43,276 nucleotides of DNA from Propionicimonas sp. (GCA_049688555.1 JBAVKY010000025.1:1-43276); one strand, 5' to 3'. Positions 31,600-43,276 are shown, counted from the stretch's first letter. Program-made: numbers and translations. Notes: generated from the letters alone by a model not told the origin.

Positions 31600-33144
31600 A
31601 TGACCGAGTCGTACCGCAATCCGCTGCGAGACTCACTGGATCGTCGGCTCCCCCGCATGGCGGGGCCGTCCGCCCTGGTGATGTTCGGAGTTACCGGCGA
31701 CCTGTCCCGCAAGAAGCTCTTGCCCGCCATCTACGACCTTGCCAACCGTGGGTTGCTGTCCCCTGGCTTCGGCCTGGTCGGATTTGCCCGCCGGGACTGG
31801 GCGGCTGAACACTTCGCCGCAGTCGTCCGCGAGGCCGTCGAGGAGAACTGCCGGACGCCCTTCCGCACCGACGTCTGGCAGCAACTGCTGGAGGGCATCC
31901 GCTTCGTGCCCGGCGAACTGGACGACGACGACGCCTTCGAGACGCTGGCCGCCACCCTGGCCGAACTTGATCGCGCTCAGGGCACCGGGGGAAACCACGC
32001 GTTCTACCTATCGGTCCCCCCTAAGGCCTTCGACACTGTGATCGGTCAGTTGAGCCGGCACGGCCTTGCCGGCAGCGCCACGCACGCGGATCCGGACCGC
32101 TGGTCGCGGGTCGTGATCGAGAAGCCGTTCGGCCATGACTTGGCCAGCGCCCAGGACTTGGAGCGGAAGGTGTCCGCCGCCTTTGACCCTGCCTCGGTGT
32201 TCCGGATCGACCACTACCTGGGCAAGGAGACAGTCCAGAACATGCTGGCGTTCCGGTTCGCCAACGAATTGTTCGAGCCGATCTGGAACCGGACCTACGT
32301 CGACCACGTCCAGATCACGATGGCCGAGGACATCGGCATCGGCGGCCGCGCCGGCTACTACGACGGCATCGGTGCCGCCCGGGACGTCATTCAGAACCAC
32401 TTGCTGCAGCTGCTGGCGCTGACGGCCATGGAAGAGCCAACCTCCTTCGAGGCCGAGCAACTGAGTGCCGAGAAGCAGAAGGTGCTGGCTGCCACCCGTC
32501 CGGGCAGTGACCTGAGGCGGGACTCCGTCCGCGGTCAATACCTGGCCGGCTGGGCGGGCGGGCGCTACGTCAAGGGTTACCTCGACGAGGACGGCATCCC
32601 GCCTCGCTCGACCACCGAAACCTACGCCGCGATCCGCGTCGACATCGACAACCGGCGCTGGGCTGGAGTGCCGTTCTACCTGCGGGCAGCTAAGCGGATG
32701 CCCCGGCGGGTGACCGAAGTGGCGCTCCTGCTGAAGCCGGCGCCCCACCTGCCGTTCGCCCGCACCGACTCTGCCGGACTGAGTTCCAACGCCCTGGTGA
32801 TGCGGATCCAGCCGGACGAGGGCATCACGTTGCGGTTCGGAGCAAAGGTGCCGACGACCGGTATGGAGTTGCGCGACGTGACCATGGACTTCGCATACGG
32901 CAGGTCCTTCGCGGAGTCAAGCCCGGAAGCGTACGAACGGTTGATCCTCGACGTCCTGCTGGGCGATCCGCCGCTGTTCCCCCGCCGCGAAGAGGTGGAA
33001 TCGTCCTGGCAGATCCTCGATCCCGTGCTGGAACACTGGGCCGAGGACCCCGAAGCGCCCCAGGGCTACGAATCCGGCTCGTGGGGACCGGACCTCGCCA
33101 GGGAGATGCTGGCCAGGGACGGACGGGTCTGGCGTCGACCATGA
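31600..33144 (+). CDS. zwf: Glucose-6-phosphate 1-dehydrogenase
   Basis: GVTGDL, EKPFG, RIDHYLGKE, RDVIQNHLLQ, EAYERL. AGGAGG SD. Confidence 0.98.
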   Translation: MTESYRNPLRDSLDRRLPRMAGPSALVMFGVTGDLSRKKLLPAIYDLANRGLLSPGFGLVGFARRDWAAEHFAAVVREAVEENCRTPFRTDVWQQLLEGIRFVPGELDDDDAFETLAATLAELDRAQGTGGNHAFYLSVPPKAFDTVIGQLSRHGLAGSATHADPDRWSRVVIEKPFGHDLASAQDLERKVSAAFDPASVFRIDHYLGKETVQNMLAFRFANELFEPIWNRTYVDHVQITMAEDIGIGGRAGYYDGIGAARDVIQNHLLQLLALTAMEEPTSFEAEQLSAEKQKVLAATRPGSDLRRDSVRGQYLAGWAGGRYVKGYLDEDGIPPRSTTETYAAIRVDIDNRRWAGVPFYLRAAKRMPRRVTEVALLLKPAPHLPFARTDSAGLSSNALVMRIQPDEGITLRFGAKVPTTGMELRDVTMDFAYGRSFAESSPEAYERLILDVLLGDPPLFPRREEVESSWQILDPVLEHWAEDPEAPQGYESGSWGPDLAREMLARDGRVWRRP

Positions 33145-33154
33145 GGAGCCTCGG

Positions 33155-34087
33155 ATGATCATCGACCTGCCCGACACCAGCGCTGCCGACATTGGGCAGC
33201 GCATCCTGAGCGCTCGGTCGGCGGTCGGATTACCCACCGGAATGGTGTTCACGCTGATCGCTGTCGCCGAGGGCTGCAGTTACGACGAGGTGCTGGCCGC
33301 CTCCATCGAAGCGGGACGCGAGCATCCGTCACGGATCCTGGTGGTCACCAACGCCCCTGGCGACACCCGGCTCGACGCCCAACTCCGGCTCGGCGAAGAC
33401 GTGCCGGGCGACATCATCTCGCTCGTCTTCCACGGCGATCTGGTCAGTCACCGGGCCTCGGTGCTGTTGCCGCTGGTGCTACCGGATTCTTCCGTGGTGG
33501 TCTGGTGGCCCGGGATGTCACCGGCGGCGCCTGGCCGGGACCCGATCGGCAGCCTGGCGGTGCGCCGGATCACCGACGCGATGGGTGCCGTCGATCCCGT
33601 CGCCGCGTTGGTGGAGCGCGCGTTGCACTACGCCCCGGGCGACCTCGACCTGAGCTGGACCCGCCTGACCAAGTGGCGCGGCCTGCTCGCGGCGTCACTC
33701 GACCACTACCGCGCGCCCGTCCGTTCCGTCCAAGTGAGCGCGGCCCCGCGGAACCCCGCCGGGCTGCTGCTGGCAGCCTGGCTCGACGACCGCCTGGGGG
33801 TCGAGGTGAGCCTGATCGACGACCCCGCCGGGATCGGGATCACCGGCGTGGTGATGCAGACCGATGACGGCGAGATCCGGCTCTCGCGGACGGATGGCAC
33901 GATGGCTGCCTTCTCGGCGCCCGGGCTCCCCCGGCGACTGGTCGCCCTCCCCCGACAACAGATCAACTCCTTGATCACCGAGGAATTGCGACGCCTGGAC
34001 GAGGATGCCGCCTACAGTGCAACCATGGCCCGATTGGCGGGACGGTGGCGCGCCAGCGATCCCCGACGATCCGAGGAGTGTTCATGA
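33155..34087 (+). CDS. opcA: G6PDH assembly protein OpcA
   Basis: MIIDL.DT, EHPSRI, LVLPD..VVVWWP, RRITD, DLSWTRLT.WR, EELRRLD. Follows zwf. Confidence 0.92.
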   Translation: MIIDLPDTSAADIGQRILSARSAVGLPTGMVFTLIAVAEGCSYDEVLAASIEAGREHPSRILVVTNAPGDTRLDAQLRLGEDVPGDIISLVFHGDLVSHRASVLLPLVLPDSSVVVWWPGMSPAAPGRDPIGSLAVRRITDAMGAVDPVAALVERALHYAPGDLDLSWTRLTKWRGLLAASLDHYRAPVRSVQVSAAPRNPAGLLLAAWLDDRLGVEVSLIDDPAGIGITGVVMQTDDGEIRLSRTDGTMAAFSAPGLPRRLVALPRQQINSLITEELRRLDEDAAYSATMARLAGRWRASDPRRSEECS

Positions 34088-34833
34088 AGCCGACCCCACG
34101 CGTGTTGCGGTACCTCGACGCTGACGAGCTTGCTGACGGGGCGGCCCACCGCCTGCTGGACGCCCTGATCAGTTTCCAGGCCAATCAGCGCACCGCACAG
34201 CTCTGCCTCACCGGCGGACGGATCGCGCTGCGGGTGTACGCCCGGCTGGGACGGCTGGTGGCGGGTTCCGAACTCGACCCGGGTCGCCTCGAACTGTGGT
34301 GGGGGGACGAGCGGTTCGTCCCCACCGATGATCCGGACCGCCACGCCGGCCCGGCCCTGGCCACCCTCGCTGGCCACTTCCCGCTCGACCCGGCTCGAAC
34401 CCATCCGATGCCGGCCGCAGACGGCGTGGTGGATGCGGCGGCCTCGGCTGCCACCTACGCCAAGGAACTGGGCACCACCCGGTTCGACCTCTGCCTGCTC
34501 GGCATGGGCCCGGACGGCCACGTGGCTTCGATCTTCCCCGGGCACCCTTCGGAGGAGCCGGCCGGGCAGCTGGTGATCGGGGTGAGCGACTCGCCCAAGC
34601 CGCCGGCGGAACGGATCAGCCTGACGACGCGGGCGATCAACCGGTCGGGCGAAGTGTGGTTCCTGGTCAGTGGCGAGGACAAGGCGGACGCCGTGGCACG
34701 CGCCCTGGCCGGGGACCAGTCGCTGCCCGCGGCCCGGGTTCACGGCCACCATGCCACGGTGTGGCTGGTGGATCAGGCGGCTGCCTCGGGTTTGCCCTAC
34801 TTCGAGTGTTCGATGCAGGGCCTCAATAGATGA
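34084..34833 (+). CDS. pgl: 6-phosphogluconolactonase
   Basis: LTGG, WWGDERFVP, LLGMGPDGHVASIFP, SPKPP.ERISLT. Confidence 0.95.
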   Translation: MKPTPRVLRYLDADELADGAAHRLLDALISFQANQRTAQLCLTGGRIALRVYARLGRLVAGSELDPGRLELWWGDERFVPTDDPDRHAGPALATLAGHFPLDPARTHPMPAADGVVDAAASAATYAKELGTTRFDLCLLGMGPDGHVASIFPGHPSEEPAGQLVIGVSDSPKPPAERISLTTRAINRSGEVWFLVSGEDKADAVARALAGDQSLPAARVHGHHATVWLVDQAAASGLPYFECSMQGLNR

Positions 34834-35179
34834 CGTCGCCGTTCGCGCGGCGTGCCCGGAGCGCCTCGAGGGCTTCAGACAGGATCGCGACAGCTTCCGC
34901 GTCCGTCCGGCGCTCCTTCACGTAGGCCAAGTGCGTCTTGTAGGGCTGAATCTTGGGCGGCGGTGGCGGGTTCTCCGAGTCGAGGTTCGCCGGCAGCCCG
35001 CATCGCGGGCAGTCCCAGGTCTCTGGCACGACCGCGTCGGCGGCGAAGGCCGGACGGGTCTCGTGACCGTGGGAGCAGAAGTACGACACGTAAAGCCGCG
35101 GGACGGAATCACCCCGTTCAGCCTCGCCCATCGGCCCGGCGCCAACCCGGCTGCCGCGAATCGCGCTGCCACCCACCAC
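34823..35179 (-). CDS. rbpA: RNA polymerase-binding protein RbpA
   Basis: AIRGSRVGAGPMGEAERG, C..GH, WDCPRCG, YKTHLAYVKERR. AAGGAG SD. Confidence 0.93.
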   Translation of the reverse strand: MVGGSAIRGSRVGAGPMGEAERGDSVPRLYVSYFCSHGHETRPAFAADAVVPETWDCPRCGLPANLDSENPPPPPKIQPYKTHLAYVKERRTDAEAVAILSEALEALRARRANGDVIY

Positions 35180-35219
35180 GAACGTCTCCTTGCCAGTTGC
35201 GAGCGATGGATCCCAGGCC

Positions 35220-35501
35220 TCAGCCCAGTACCCCGACCTCAGGGAAGAACCGGTAGAGCACCAGCAGTCCGAGAATGCTGGCCAGCCACACCACGCCGAT
35301 CACGATGGTGAGCCGGTCGAGGTTCCGTTCCGCGACCGAGGTGCCCCCCATGGACGTGGACATCCCACCGCCGAACAGGTCCGACATGCCGCCGCCTCGT
35401 CCCTTGTGAAGCAGGATGAACAGTGCCAGCACGATGCTGGTCAGGATCAGGATGATCTGGAGCGTCAGGATCGGCCAGGTCATCAGCGGCACAACAGTCA
35501 C
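35220..35501 (-). CDS. secG: Preprotein translocase subunit SecG
   Basis: ILLHKGRGGGMSDLFGGG, AERNLDR.T. Follows tpiA. Start 35501 or 35483. Confidence 0.95.
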   Translation of the reverse strand: MTVVPLMTWPILTLQIILILTSIVLALFILLHKGRGGGMSDLFGGGMSTSMGGTSVAERNLDRLTIVIGVVWLASILGLLVLYRFFPEVGVLG

Positions 35502-35554
35502 GCCGAGAATCCTAACTCAAGGGCTGCCGAATGCCGCATTCCCCCCAGACGCCC

Positions 35555-35590
35555 CCAGGGGCGTCCCGAGCTACCTCGGAACGCCCCTGG
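35555..35590 (-). terminator. Stem-loop after tpiA
   Basis: CCAGGGGCGTTCCGAG-GTAG-CTCGGGACGCCCCTGG, 16-bp stem, 12 nt after the tpiA stop. Confidence 0.75.
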
Positions 35591-35602
35591 ATTACGTGCT
35601 GA

Positions 35603-36385
35603 TCAGGCTGCTGAGTAGAAGAGCACGATCTTGGCGAACTCCTCCGCGTTCAGGCTCGCGCCACCCACCAGGGCGCCGTCGACGTCCGGCTTGGCCATGA
35701 TCTCGACCACGTTGTTCGACTTGACCGAACCGCCGTATTGGATCCGAACTGCCTCCGCGGCTTCGGCGCCGAAGGCCTCGGCCACGTAACCACGGATGGC
35801 TCCGCACACTTCCTGGGCGTCTTCGGGGGTCGCCACCTCGCCGGTACCGATCGCCCAGACTGGCTCGTAGGCGATGACGAGGGATGCGACCTGCTCCGCG
35901 TTCAGCCCGGCCAGGCATTCCGTCACTTGGGCGAGCACATGGGGAACGTGCGTGCCCTGCTTGCGAATCTCCAGAACCTCGCCACAGCATACGATCGGGG
36001 TCATCCCGGCCGCGAGAACCATCTTGGCCTTCGCGCCGATCAGTGCGTCCGATTCACCGTGGTACTCGCGACGTTCGGAGTGGCCGACCACGACGTAGGC
36101 GCAGTTCAGTTTCGCCAGCATGTCCGCCGAGATCTCGCCGGTGTACGCGCCCGAGGCGTGCACCGAGACGTCCTGCGCGCCGAACTTCAAGGGCAGCTTG
36201 TCGCCTTCGATCACCGTCTGCACCGACCGGATGTCGGTGAACGGGACGATCACGGCCACCTCGGACTTCGCCGGGTCGTACTTCGCATCGGCCAGGGTCC
36301 AAGCCAGCTTCTGCACCAGCCCAGTCGCCTCGACGTGGTTGAGGTTCATCTTCCAGTTGCCCGCCATCAGGGGGGTTCTTGCCAT
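35603..36385 (-). CDS. tpiA: Triosephosphate isomerase
   Basis: [37 protein letters not shown]. Confidence 0.98.
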   Translation of the reverse strand: MARTPLMAGNWKMNLNHVEATGLVQKLAWTLADAKYDPAKSEVAVIVPFTDIRSVQTVIEGDKLPLKFGAQDVSVHASGAYTGEISADMLAKLNCAYVVVGHSERREYHGESDALIGAKAKMVLAAGMTPIVCCGEVLEIRKQGTHVPHVLAQVTECLAGLNAEQVASLVIAYEPVWAIGTGEVATPEDAQEVCGAIRGYVAEAFGAEAAEAVRIQYGGSVKSNNVVEIMAKPDVDGALVGGASLNAEEFAKIVLFYSAA

Positions 36386-36386
36386 G

Positions 36387-37583
36387 TCAGTTCTCCTCTT
36401 CGAGCACAGTCAGACCGGGGAGCTCTTTGCCCTCCAGGTATTCCAGGGACGCCCCGCCACCCGTCGAGATGTGGCCGAACTGGTCATCGGTGAATCCGAG
36501 TTGCCGGACGGCCGCCGCCGAGTCTCCGCCGCCAACAACGGTCAGTCCGGAGCACTCGGAGAGCGCCTGCGCGACGGCCTTCGTGCCATCGGCGAACAAC
36601 TCCATCTCGAACACGCCCATGGGCCCGTTCCAGAAGACGGTCTTGGCGCCGCGGATCGCCTCGGCGAACAGTTCACTGGTCTTGGGACCGATATCGAGCC
36701 CCATCTGGTCGGCCGGGATCGCCTCGGCGTCGACGACCGTCGCGGGACCCTCCGGACCGAACTTCGGCGCGACAACGACATCCACCGGCAGCAGGATCTG
36801 CTTGCCAGCGGCGGTCGCCTGCTCCAGGTAGCCCGCCACGACGTCGATCCGATCGGCGTCCAGCAGCGAGGTGCCAACCTCGTAGCCCTTCGACTTGAGG
36901 AAGGTGTAGGCCATGCCACCGCCGATGATCAGGGTGTCGGCGGCCTTCAGCAGGTTGTCGATGACGGCCAGCTTGTCGGCCACCTTCGCCCCGCCAAGGA
37001 CAACCACGTACGGCCGCTCCGGGGTCACCGTGAGGGTCTTGAGGATCTCCACCTCCTTCTTCACCAGCAGGCCGGCGGCGTTGGGCAGCAACGCGGCGAC
37101 GTCATAGACGCTCGCCTGCTTGCGGTGGACCACCCCGAAACCGTCGGAGACGAACACGTCACCCAAGGCCGCGTAGCGGGCCGCCAGCGCCTGGCGCTCG
37201 GCCTCGACCTTGGACTCCTCGGCGGCTTCATATCGAACGTTCTCGAGTAGGGCGACATCGGAATCCGCCAGCGCGGCAACGGTTGCCTGGGCGGAATCGC
37301 CGACCACATCACCCGCCAGATGGACCTCGACGCCCAGCAGCTCGCCCAGCCGCTTGGCAACTGGGGCCAGCGAGTAGGCCGGATTGACGGCGCCCTTGGG
37401 GCGGCCCAGGTGAGCCATGACGACCACTTTCGCTCCCGCTTCGCGGAGCAGCATGAGGGTCGGGAGGGCAGCACGGATGCGGCCGTCGTCAGTGATCGTG
37501 TCGCCCTCCAGCGGCACGTTGAAATCGCAGCGGATGAGAACCCGCTTGCCTCGCAGCTCGCCGAGGTCAGATACGGACTTCAC
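36387..37583 (-). CDS. pgk: Phosphoglycerate kinase
   Basis: [55 protein letters not shown] before GTG 37583. Confidence 0.98.
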   Translation of the reverse strand: MKSVSDLGELRGKRVLIRCDFNVPLEGDTITDDGRIRAALPTLMLLREAGAKVVVMAHLGRPKGAVNPAYSLAPVAKRLGELLGVEVHLAGDVVGDSAQATVAALADSDVALLENVRYEAAEESKVEAERQALAARYAALGDVFVSDGFGVVHRKQASVYDVAALLPNAAGLLVKKEVEILKTLTVTPERPYVVVLGGAKVADKLAVIDNLLKAADTLIIGGGMAYTFLKSKGYEVGTSLLDADRIDVVAGYLEQATAAGKQILLPVDVVVAPKFGPEGPATVVDAEAIPADQMGLDIGPKTSELFAEAIRGAKTVFWNGPMGVFEMELFADGTKAVAQALSECSGLTVVGGGDSAAAVRQLGFTDDQFGHISTGGGASLEYLEGKELPGLTVLEEEN

Positions 37584-37617
37584 GGACAACCTTCCTTCTT
37601 GGTGGTTAAGCGCAGTG

Positions 37618-37671
37618 TCTTGATGGTGTTCGCACAAATCTTGATGGTGTTCGCAGGTTGTGGTGTTCGCA
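37618..37671. repeat. Short tandem repeat in the gap-pgk intergenic region
   Basis: TCTTGATGGTGTTCGCA at 37618 and 37639 (21-bp period). Core TGGTGTTCGCA occurs three times (37624, 37645, 37661). Confidence 0.9.
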
Positions 37672-37672
37672 C

Positions 37673-37712
37673 AGTGGGCCGACCCGCGTCCACAGACGCG
37701 AGCCGGCCCACT
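37673..37712 (-). terminator. Stem-loop after gap
   Basis: AGTGGGCCGGCTCGCGTC-TGTG-GACGCGGGTCGGCCCACT, 18-bp stem with G-U pairs. Confidence 0.75.
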
Positions 37713-37737
37713 TTCAGGTGCTGGGTCAGGCGGTGGG

Positions 37738-38754
<1,017 letters not shown>

Positions 38755-38900
38755 CTAACTACAGACGTCTGCACGGAAGTTCGAAACCGAACCCGGGCAG
38801 GTGGACGCAGCCCAGCCTAGCGAATCCACGAACGGTGAGAAGCCCGATGGCAGAACCTGCGCAGACGACCAGTGGAGGGCCGAAAACAGCGGTCGATTCG

Positions 38901-39887
38901 TCAGTCGCCGTCGTCGGCCAACTCGGCACCGAGACTGGCCTCGGTCGTCGGAATACCTAGTTCCACGGCCTGTTTGTCAGCGGTTGCCAGCAGCCGCCTG
39001 ATGCGTCCGGCCACCGCGTCCTTGGTCAGGGGCGGGGTGTGTAACTGGCCCAATTCCTCCAGGCTCGACTGCTGGTGTTCCAGCCGCAACCGTCCTGCGA
39101 CCAACAGGTGCTCGGGAACGTCGTCGCCGAGGATTTCGAGGGCACGCTTGACGCGCGCACCGGCCGCCACCGCTGCGCGGGCAGAGCGTCGCAGGTTGGC
39201 ATCGTCGAAGTTCGCCAGTCGGTTCGCCGACGCCCTGACCTCACGACGCATCCGCCGGTCCTCCCAGGCCAGGACGGACTCGTGGGCACCTAGCCTGGTC
39301 AACATGGCTGCGATGGCGTCCCCGTCCCGAATCACCACGCGATCGACGCCGCGGACCTCACGGGCCTTGGCCTGGATGTCGATCCGCCGGGCCGACCCGA
39401 CCAGCGCCAACGCTGCTTCCGAGCCGGGGCACGTCACTTCAAGCGCCATCGAACGGCCGGGTTCGGTGAGCGAGCCATGAGCCAAGAAGGCGCCGCGCCA
39501 CGCTGCCACGGCCACGTCGGGCCCGCCGCTGACGACCTGCACCGGCAGGCCGCGCACCGGACGCCCGCGGGTGTCCACCAGCCCCGTCTGGCGCGCCAGG
39601 GAATCCCCGTCACGAAACAGCCGAACGATGTAGCGGGTCCCCCGCCGCAGGCCGCTGCTGCTGATCACGACGAACTCGCAATTGAATCCGAACAGCTCCG
39701 CAATCGCGGTCCGCAACCGTCGCGCGGCTGCGCCAGTGTCCAGTTCGGCTTCGACGACGATCCTCCCGCCGGCGATGTGCAGACCATTGCAGAAGCGCAG
39801 CATGGCTGCGACCTCAGCCTTGCGTAGTTCGGGCTTGGTCACCTCGAGGGTCGCCAGTTCAGCCTTGACCTGTTGCGTCATCGCCAT
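38901..39887 (-). CDS. whiA: DNA-binding protein WhiA
   Basis: [52 protein letters not shown]. Confidence 0.96.
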   Translation of the reverse strand: MAMTQQVKAELATLEVTKPELRKAEVAAMLRFCNGLHIAGGRIVVEAELDTGAAARRLRTAIAELFGFNCEFVVISSSGLRRGTRYIVRLFRDGDSLARQTGLVDTRGRPVRGLPVQVVSGGPDVAVAAWRGAFLAHGSLTEPGRSMALEVTCPGSEAALALVGSARRIDIQAKAREVRGVDRVVIRDGDAIAAMLTRLGAHESVLAWEDRRMRREVRASANRLANFDDANLRRSARAAVAAGARVKRALEILGDDVPEHLLVAGRLRLEHQQSSLEELGQLHTPPLTKDAVAGRIRRLLATADKQAVELGIPTTEASLGAELADDGD

Positions 39888-39938
39888 GTGATCAGCCGAC
39901 CCCCCGTCCTGCTCCTTGCGCCGTCGAACGGCCCAATC

Positions 39939-40892
39939 CTACAGACGCATGATGCCGGCGTAGACCGCTGCCAGCTTCAGCGGATCATGATGGGGGCTGC
40001 CGTCCCGCATCCGGACGTCCGCCTGGACCACCTCCGCTCCCAGTGAGGACGCGTAGGCGGCCAGGTGCGGGTCATTGCCGAACGACGGATCCACCACCAC
40101 CGTGTCCAGGCGCAGCGTCGGCAGGTGTTCGGCCAGTACCTCGAGGTGCCGTGAGGCGGTGTAGCCGTCCGTTTCGTCTGTTGTGGAGCCCAGGTTCATC
40201 GTCAGCACCCGGCGCGCCGGGGTTGCCAGGATCGCCGCCGCCAGTTCGGGCACCAGCAGATGGGGGATCACCGAGGAGTACCAGGATCCCGGTCCCAGCA
40301 CCACGAAGTCGGCCTCGAGGATCGCCGCCACGGCCTCCGGGACGGCCGGCGGTTCGGACGGAGTGAGCCGAACATCAAGGATCACCCCGGTGGCCAGCGC
40401 GACCGCTTCTTGCCCGACCACCCGCACCGGCTCGTCCGGGAGACCGGGATCGGCACCGATCACGTCGGCCTCAATGACCAGCGGGACGGCGGACATCGGC
40501 AGCACCCGACCCTGCACCCGCAGCAACGCGGCGACCATGTCCAACCCGGCCACCGGATCGTTGATCTGCTGCCAGAGCCCGGCGATCAGCAGGTTTCCGA
40601 TGGCGTGGCCGCCCAAGGGGCCGTCGCCTGAGAACCGTGACTGCAACACCTGCGCCCAGGTGCGCTCGATGTCGTCGTCGCCGCACAGCGCGGCCAGCGC
40701 CATCCGTAGGTCACCGGGAGGCAGGATGCCGAATTCGCTGCGCAGCCTGCCCGAAGAGCCGCCGTCGTCAGCCACCGTGACGATGGCGGTGAGCCGGTTC
40801 GTGATCCGGCGCAGGGCACCGAGGCTTGCGGCCAGTCCGTGGCCCCCACCCAAGGCCGTGACGCGTGGTTGCCCGGTGACCGCGCCGCTCAC
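39939..40892 (-). CDS. yvcK: YvcK/GlmR (CuvA) UDP-GlcNAc-binding protein
   Basis: LGGGHGL, VTVADDGGSSGRLR, PPGDLR, GHAIGNL, GPGSWYSSVIP. GTGA overlap with rapZ. Confidence 0.93.
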   Translation of the reverse strand: MSGAVTGQPRVTALGGGHGLAASLGALRRITNRLTAIVTVADDGGSSGRLRSEFGILPPGDLRMALAALCGDDDIERTWAQVLQSRFSGDGPLGGHAIGNLLIAGLWQQINDPVAGLDMVAALLRVQGRVLPMSAVPLVIEADVIGADPGLPDEPVRVVGQEAVALATGVILDVRLTPSEPPAVPEAVAAILEADFVVLGPGSWYSSVIPHLLVPELAAAILATPARRVLTMNLGSTTDETDGYTASRHLEVLAEHLPTLRLDTVVVDPSFGNDPHLAAYASSLGAEVVQADVRMRDGSPHHDPLKLAAVYAGIMRL

Positions 40893-41755
40893 TCCAGACC
40901 CAGATCTCGGTGCAGCACGTTGACGCTCATGCCGCGCTGCCGGAGTCGACGCGCGAGTTCCTCGCTGATGGCCGTGCTGCGATGCTTGCCTCCGGTGCAC
41001 CCGATCGCGAAGGTGGCGTGCTGCTTGCCTTCCCTGACGTAGCCAGGGGTCATCGTCGCGATCATCCGCTCGACCAGGTCGAGGTACTCCGACGCCGACT
41101 CCTGGGCCAGCACGTACGACGAGACGGCGTGGGACAGGCCGGTCTGGGGCCGGAGTTCCGGCACCCAGTGCGGATTGGGCAGGAACCGCACATCCAAGAC
41201 GATGTCCGCGTCGATCGGCACTCCGTTCTTGAAGCCGAAGGACATCACGGTGATCTGCAGGTCACTGGTCGCGTGGGCGATCAACGTCACGACCCGGTCG
41301 CTCAGTTGGTGGACGTTGATCGCGGTGGTGTCGATCACGATGTCGGCACGCGCCCTGAGGTCGGCCAGTAGCTTCCGCTCGCGCTTGATCGCGTCCAGCA
41401 GCCGGTCTGTTCCCTGCAGGGGCAGCGGACGCCGTACCGACTCCTGCCGCCGCACGATCACTTCGTCGGCTGCGTCAAGGAAGAGGATCTTGGGCACCAC
41501 CCCTGCCTGCCCCAATTGCGCGAAGGCAACCGATATCTCGGCAAAGGCAGAGCGGGTCCGCACGTCCATCACGACGGCCACCTTGGTGAATTGACGCTCT
41601 CGGGCCAACTCGAGCAACTGCGGCATCAGACTTGGCGGGAGGTTGTCGACCACGAACCAGGCGTGGTCCTCAAGGGTATGCGCCGCCGTTCGCCGTCCGG
41701 AACCGGACATACCAGTGATGACGAGGAACTCCACGGGTTCTTCGGCCGCGCTCAT
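40889..41755 (-). CDS. rapZ: RNase adapter RapZ (YvcJ) P-loop protein
   Basis: TGMSGSGR, VVDNLPP, SFGFKNG, DVRFLPNPHW, GCTGGKHRS, HRDL. Confidence 0.95.
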   Translation of the reverse strand: MSAAEEPVEFLVITGMSGSGRRTAAHTLEDHAWFVVDNLPPSLMPQLLELARERQFTKVAVVMDVRTRSAFAEISVAFAQLGQAGVVPKILFLDAADEVIVRRQESVRRPLPLQGTDRLLDAIKRERKLLADLRARADIVIDTTAINVHQLSDRVVTLIAHATSDLQITVMSFGFKNGVPIDADIVLDVRFLPNPHWVPELRPQTGLSHAVSSYVLAQESASEYLDLVERMIATMTPGYVREGKQHATFAIGCTGGKHRSTAISEELARRLRQRGMSVNVLHRDLGLE

Positions 41756-41790
41756 ATCGCCATGATAAGCGTCGGCCCTCACCCCGGTGG

Positions 41791-43276
41791 TCACTGCTCG
41801 ATGAGCTCTCCGGTGGCGGCATTCAGCGCCTCGCCTTGCGCCTGACCGGCGACCGCGGCATGAATGGCCGCCGCGGTCTTGGGACCGATGCCCGGCACCA
41901 GGGCGATCTCCCCGGTGGTCGCGGCCCGCAGCTTCTTGACCGAGCCGAAGTAGGTCAACAGCGCCTTGCGTCGCAACTCCCCGAGACCGGGCACTTCGTC
42001 GAGGAGTGACTCCACCATCGCGTTCGAGCGTCTGCCCCGGTGATGGGTGATGGCGAACCGATGCGCCTCATCCCGGACCCGTTGCAGCAGGTACAGCGCC
42101 TCGCTGGTGCGCGGAAGGATGACGGGGTATTCCTCCTCGGGGAGCCAGACCTCCTCCAGCCGCTTGGCCAGACCGCACAGCGGAATCTCCGGCATCCCCA
42201 GCGCGGTCAACGCCTGCCGTGCCGCGGCGACCTGGGGAGCACCGCCGTCGACGACCACCAGTCCCGGCGCGTAGGCGAATCGGCGGGGCGCGCCGGTGGT
42301 CGGATCCACCAGCAGCGGCCCGACCTGGTCGGCAGCGTTCCCAATCTCATCCCGCAGCCGGCTGAACCTGCGGGTGATCACTTCGTGCATCGCGGCCACA
42401 TCGTTCGAACCTTCGACGCTGCGGATGATGAACCTGCGGTAATCACCCTTGCGAGGCAGCCCGTCCTCGAAGACGACCATCGAGGCCACGACCTCTGTGC
42501 CTTGCAGGTGCGAGATGTCAAAGCACTCGATGCGCAGCGGGACGCTCGCCATCCCGAGTGCCTGCTGGATCTCCTCCAAGGCTCGGTTTCTGGTCGACAG
42601 GTCGCTGGCACGGCGGGTCTTGTGCAACACCAGGGCCTCACGGGCGTTCTTCGCCACGGTTTCCATCAGCGATAGTTTGGTGCCGCGCAGGGGCACATGG
42701 ATGGTGACCCGAGAGCCGCGTTGTTCGCTCAGCAGGTCGGCGAGGACATCGCCAGCGGCCGGTGCGATCGGTACCAGGACCTCCGGCGGAATCGCCTGCG
42801 CGACCTCCGTCTCTGCCGCCGCGGAGCCGTAATGGTGCAGCAGGAACGCCTCGATGAGCTCAGCCGTCCCCGCGTCGTCGGTACGGTCGGCAACCCAGCC
42901 GCGCTCGCCGCGAATCCGTCCGGCCCGGACGTGGAAGATCTGGACAGCCACTTCAAGAGGATCCTCGGCCAGCGCGATCACGTCCGCGTCGGTGCCTTCG
43001 CCCAGGACGATCGCGTTCTTCTCGGTGGCCTGGCTGAGCGCCAGGAGCCGATCCCGCAGCACCGCGGCCCTCTCGAACTCCAGGTCGGCGGCAGCCGCCT
43101 TCATCTGCCGTTCGACGCGCTGGGTCAGCGCGGCGGTCTGCCCGGCCAGAAAATCGCAGACGTCCTGCACGAGGTCACGATGCTCCTCGGCATCGACCCG
43201 GCCGACGCAGGGCGCTGCGCACTTCCCGATGTAGCCGAACAGGCACGGACGGCCACTCGCTTTCGCGCTGCGGAAC
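41791..43276 (-). CDS. uvrC: Excinuclease ABC subunit C, C-terminal part (5' end outside the window)
   Basis: [51 protein letters not shown], HhH VPGIG. Confidence 0.97.
   Translation of the reverse strand, partial: FRSAKASGRPCLFGYIGKCAAPCVGRVDAEEHRDLVQDVCDFLAGQTAALTQRVERQMKAAAADLEFERAAVLRDRLLALSQATEKNAIVLGEGTDADVIALAEDPLEVAVQIFHVRAGRIRGERGWVADRTDDAGTAELIEAFLLHHYGSAAAETEVAQAIPPEVLVPIAPAAGDVLADLLSEQRGSRVTIHVPLRGTKLSLMETVAKNAREALVLHKTRRASDLSTRNRALEEIQQALGMASVPLRIECFDISHLQGTEVVASMVVFEDGLPRKGDYRRFIIRSVEGSNDVAAMHEVITRRFSRLRDEIGNAADQVGPLLVDPTTGAPRRFAYAPGLVVVDGGAPQVAAARQALTALGMPEIPLCGLAKRLEEVWLPEEEYPVILPRTSEALYLLQRVRDEAHRFAITHHRGRRSNAMVESLLDEVPGLGELRRKALLTYFGSVKKLRAATTGEIALVPGIGPKTAAAIHAAVAGQAQGEALNAATGELIEQ

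Noticed and set aside
37618..37671. CRISPR mini-array
   Set aside because: Repeats are 11-17 bp with 4-5 nt linkers; no spacers or cas genes.
38901..39887. LAGLIDADG homing endonuclease
   Set aside because: WhiA is the known domesticated LAGLIDADG-fold regulator, here in its normal rapZ-yvcK-whiA context.
41690..41720. Broken P-loop in RapZ (GSGRRT instead of GAGKS)
   Set aside because: Arg in place of Lys is usual in actinobacterial RapZ homologues.

Overview
High-GC actinobacterial chromosome segment, most likely Propionibacteriaceae-like (inferred from gene order and protein style). It is almost entirely core genome. Order: 5' end of rpsB with its structured leader; tandem-domain M23 peptidase; xerC; def; TrmH methylase; SBF-like transporter; PAP2; SPFH/NfeD; ABC ATPase; fabI-fabG; DUF3099-SURF1-META-RlmA-like-M20; ABC-F; AI-2E; transglutaminase; CtlX-like amidinohydrolase; complete sufRBD-Rieske-CSU-sufT operon; a large divergent-type membrane pyrophosphatase (hppA); ABC pair-ctaA; ctaB; zwf-opcA-pgl; rbpA; secG; tpiA-pgk-gap; whiA-yvcK-rapZ; 3' part of uvrC. 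I saw no mobile element, prophage, CRISPR array, rRNA or tRNA, and no convincing novel multi-gene system. Best leads: (1) a divergent K+-independent pyrophosphatase with a lipoprotein-like signal, placed head-to-head with sufR across a palindrome-rich promoter; (2) two DnaA-box-like nonamers upstream of a double-M23 peptidase; (3) a short tandem repeat plus hairpin between gap and pgk; (4) pervasive leaderless-type starts; (5) tkt/tal missing between ctaB and zwf; (6) an orphan CtlX divergent from a transglutaminase. All calls come from motif recognition by eye; no database searches were run.
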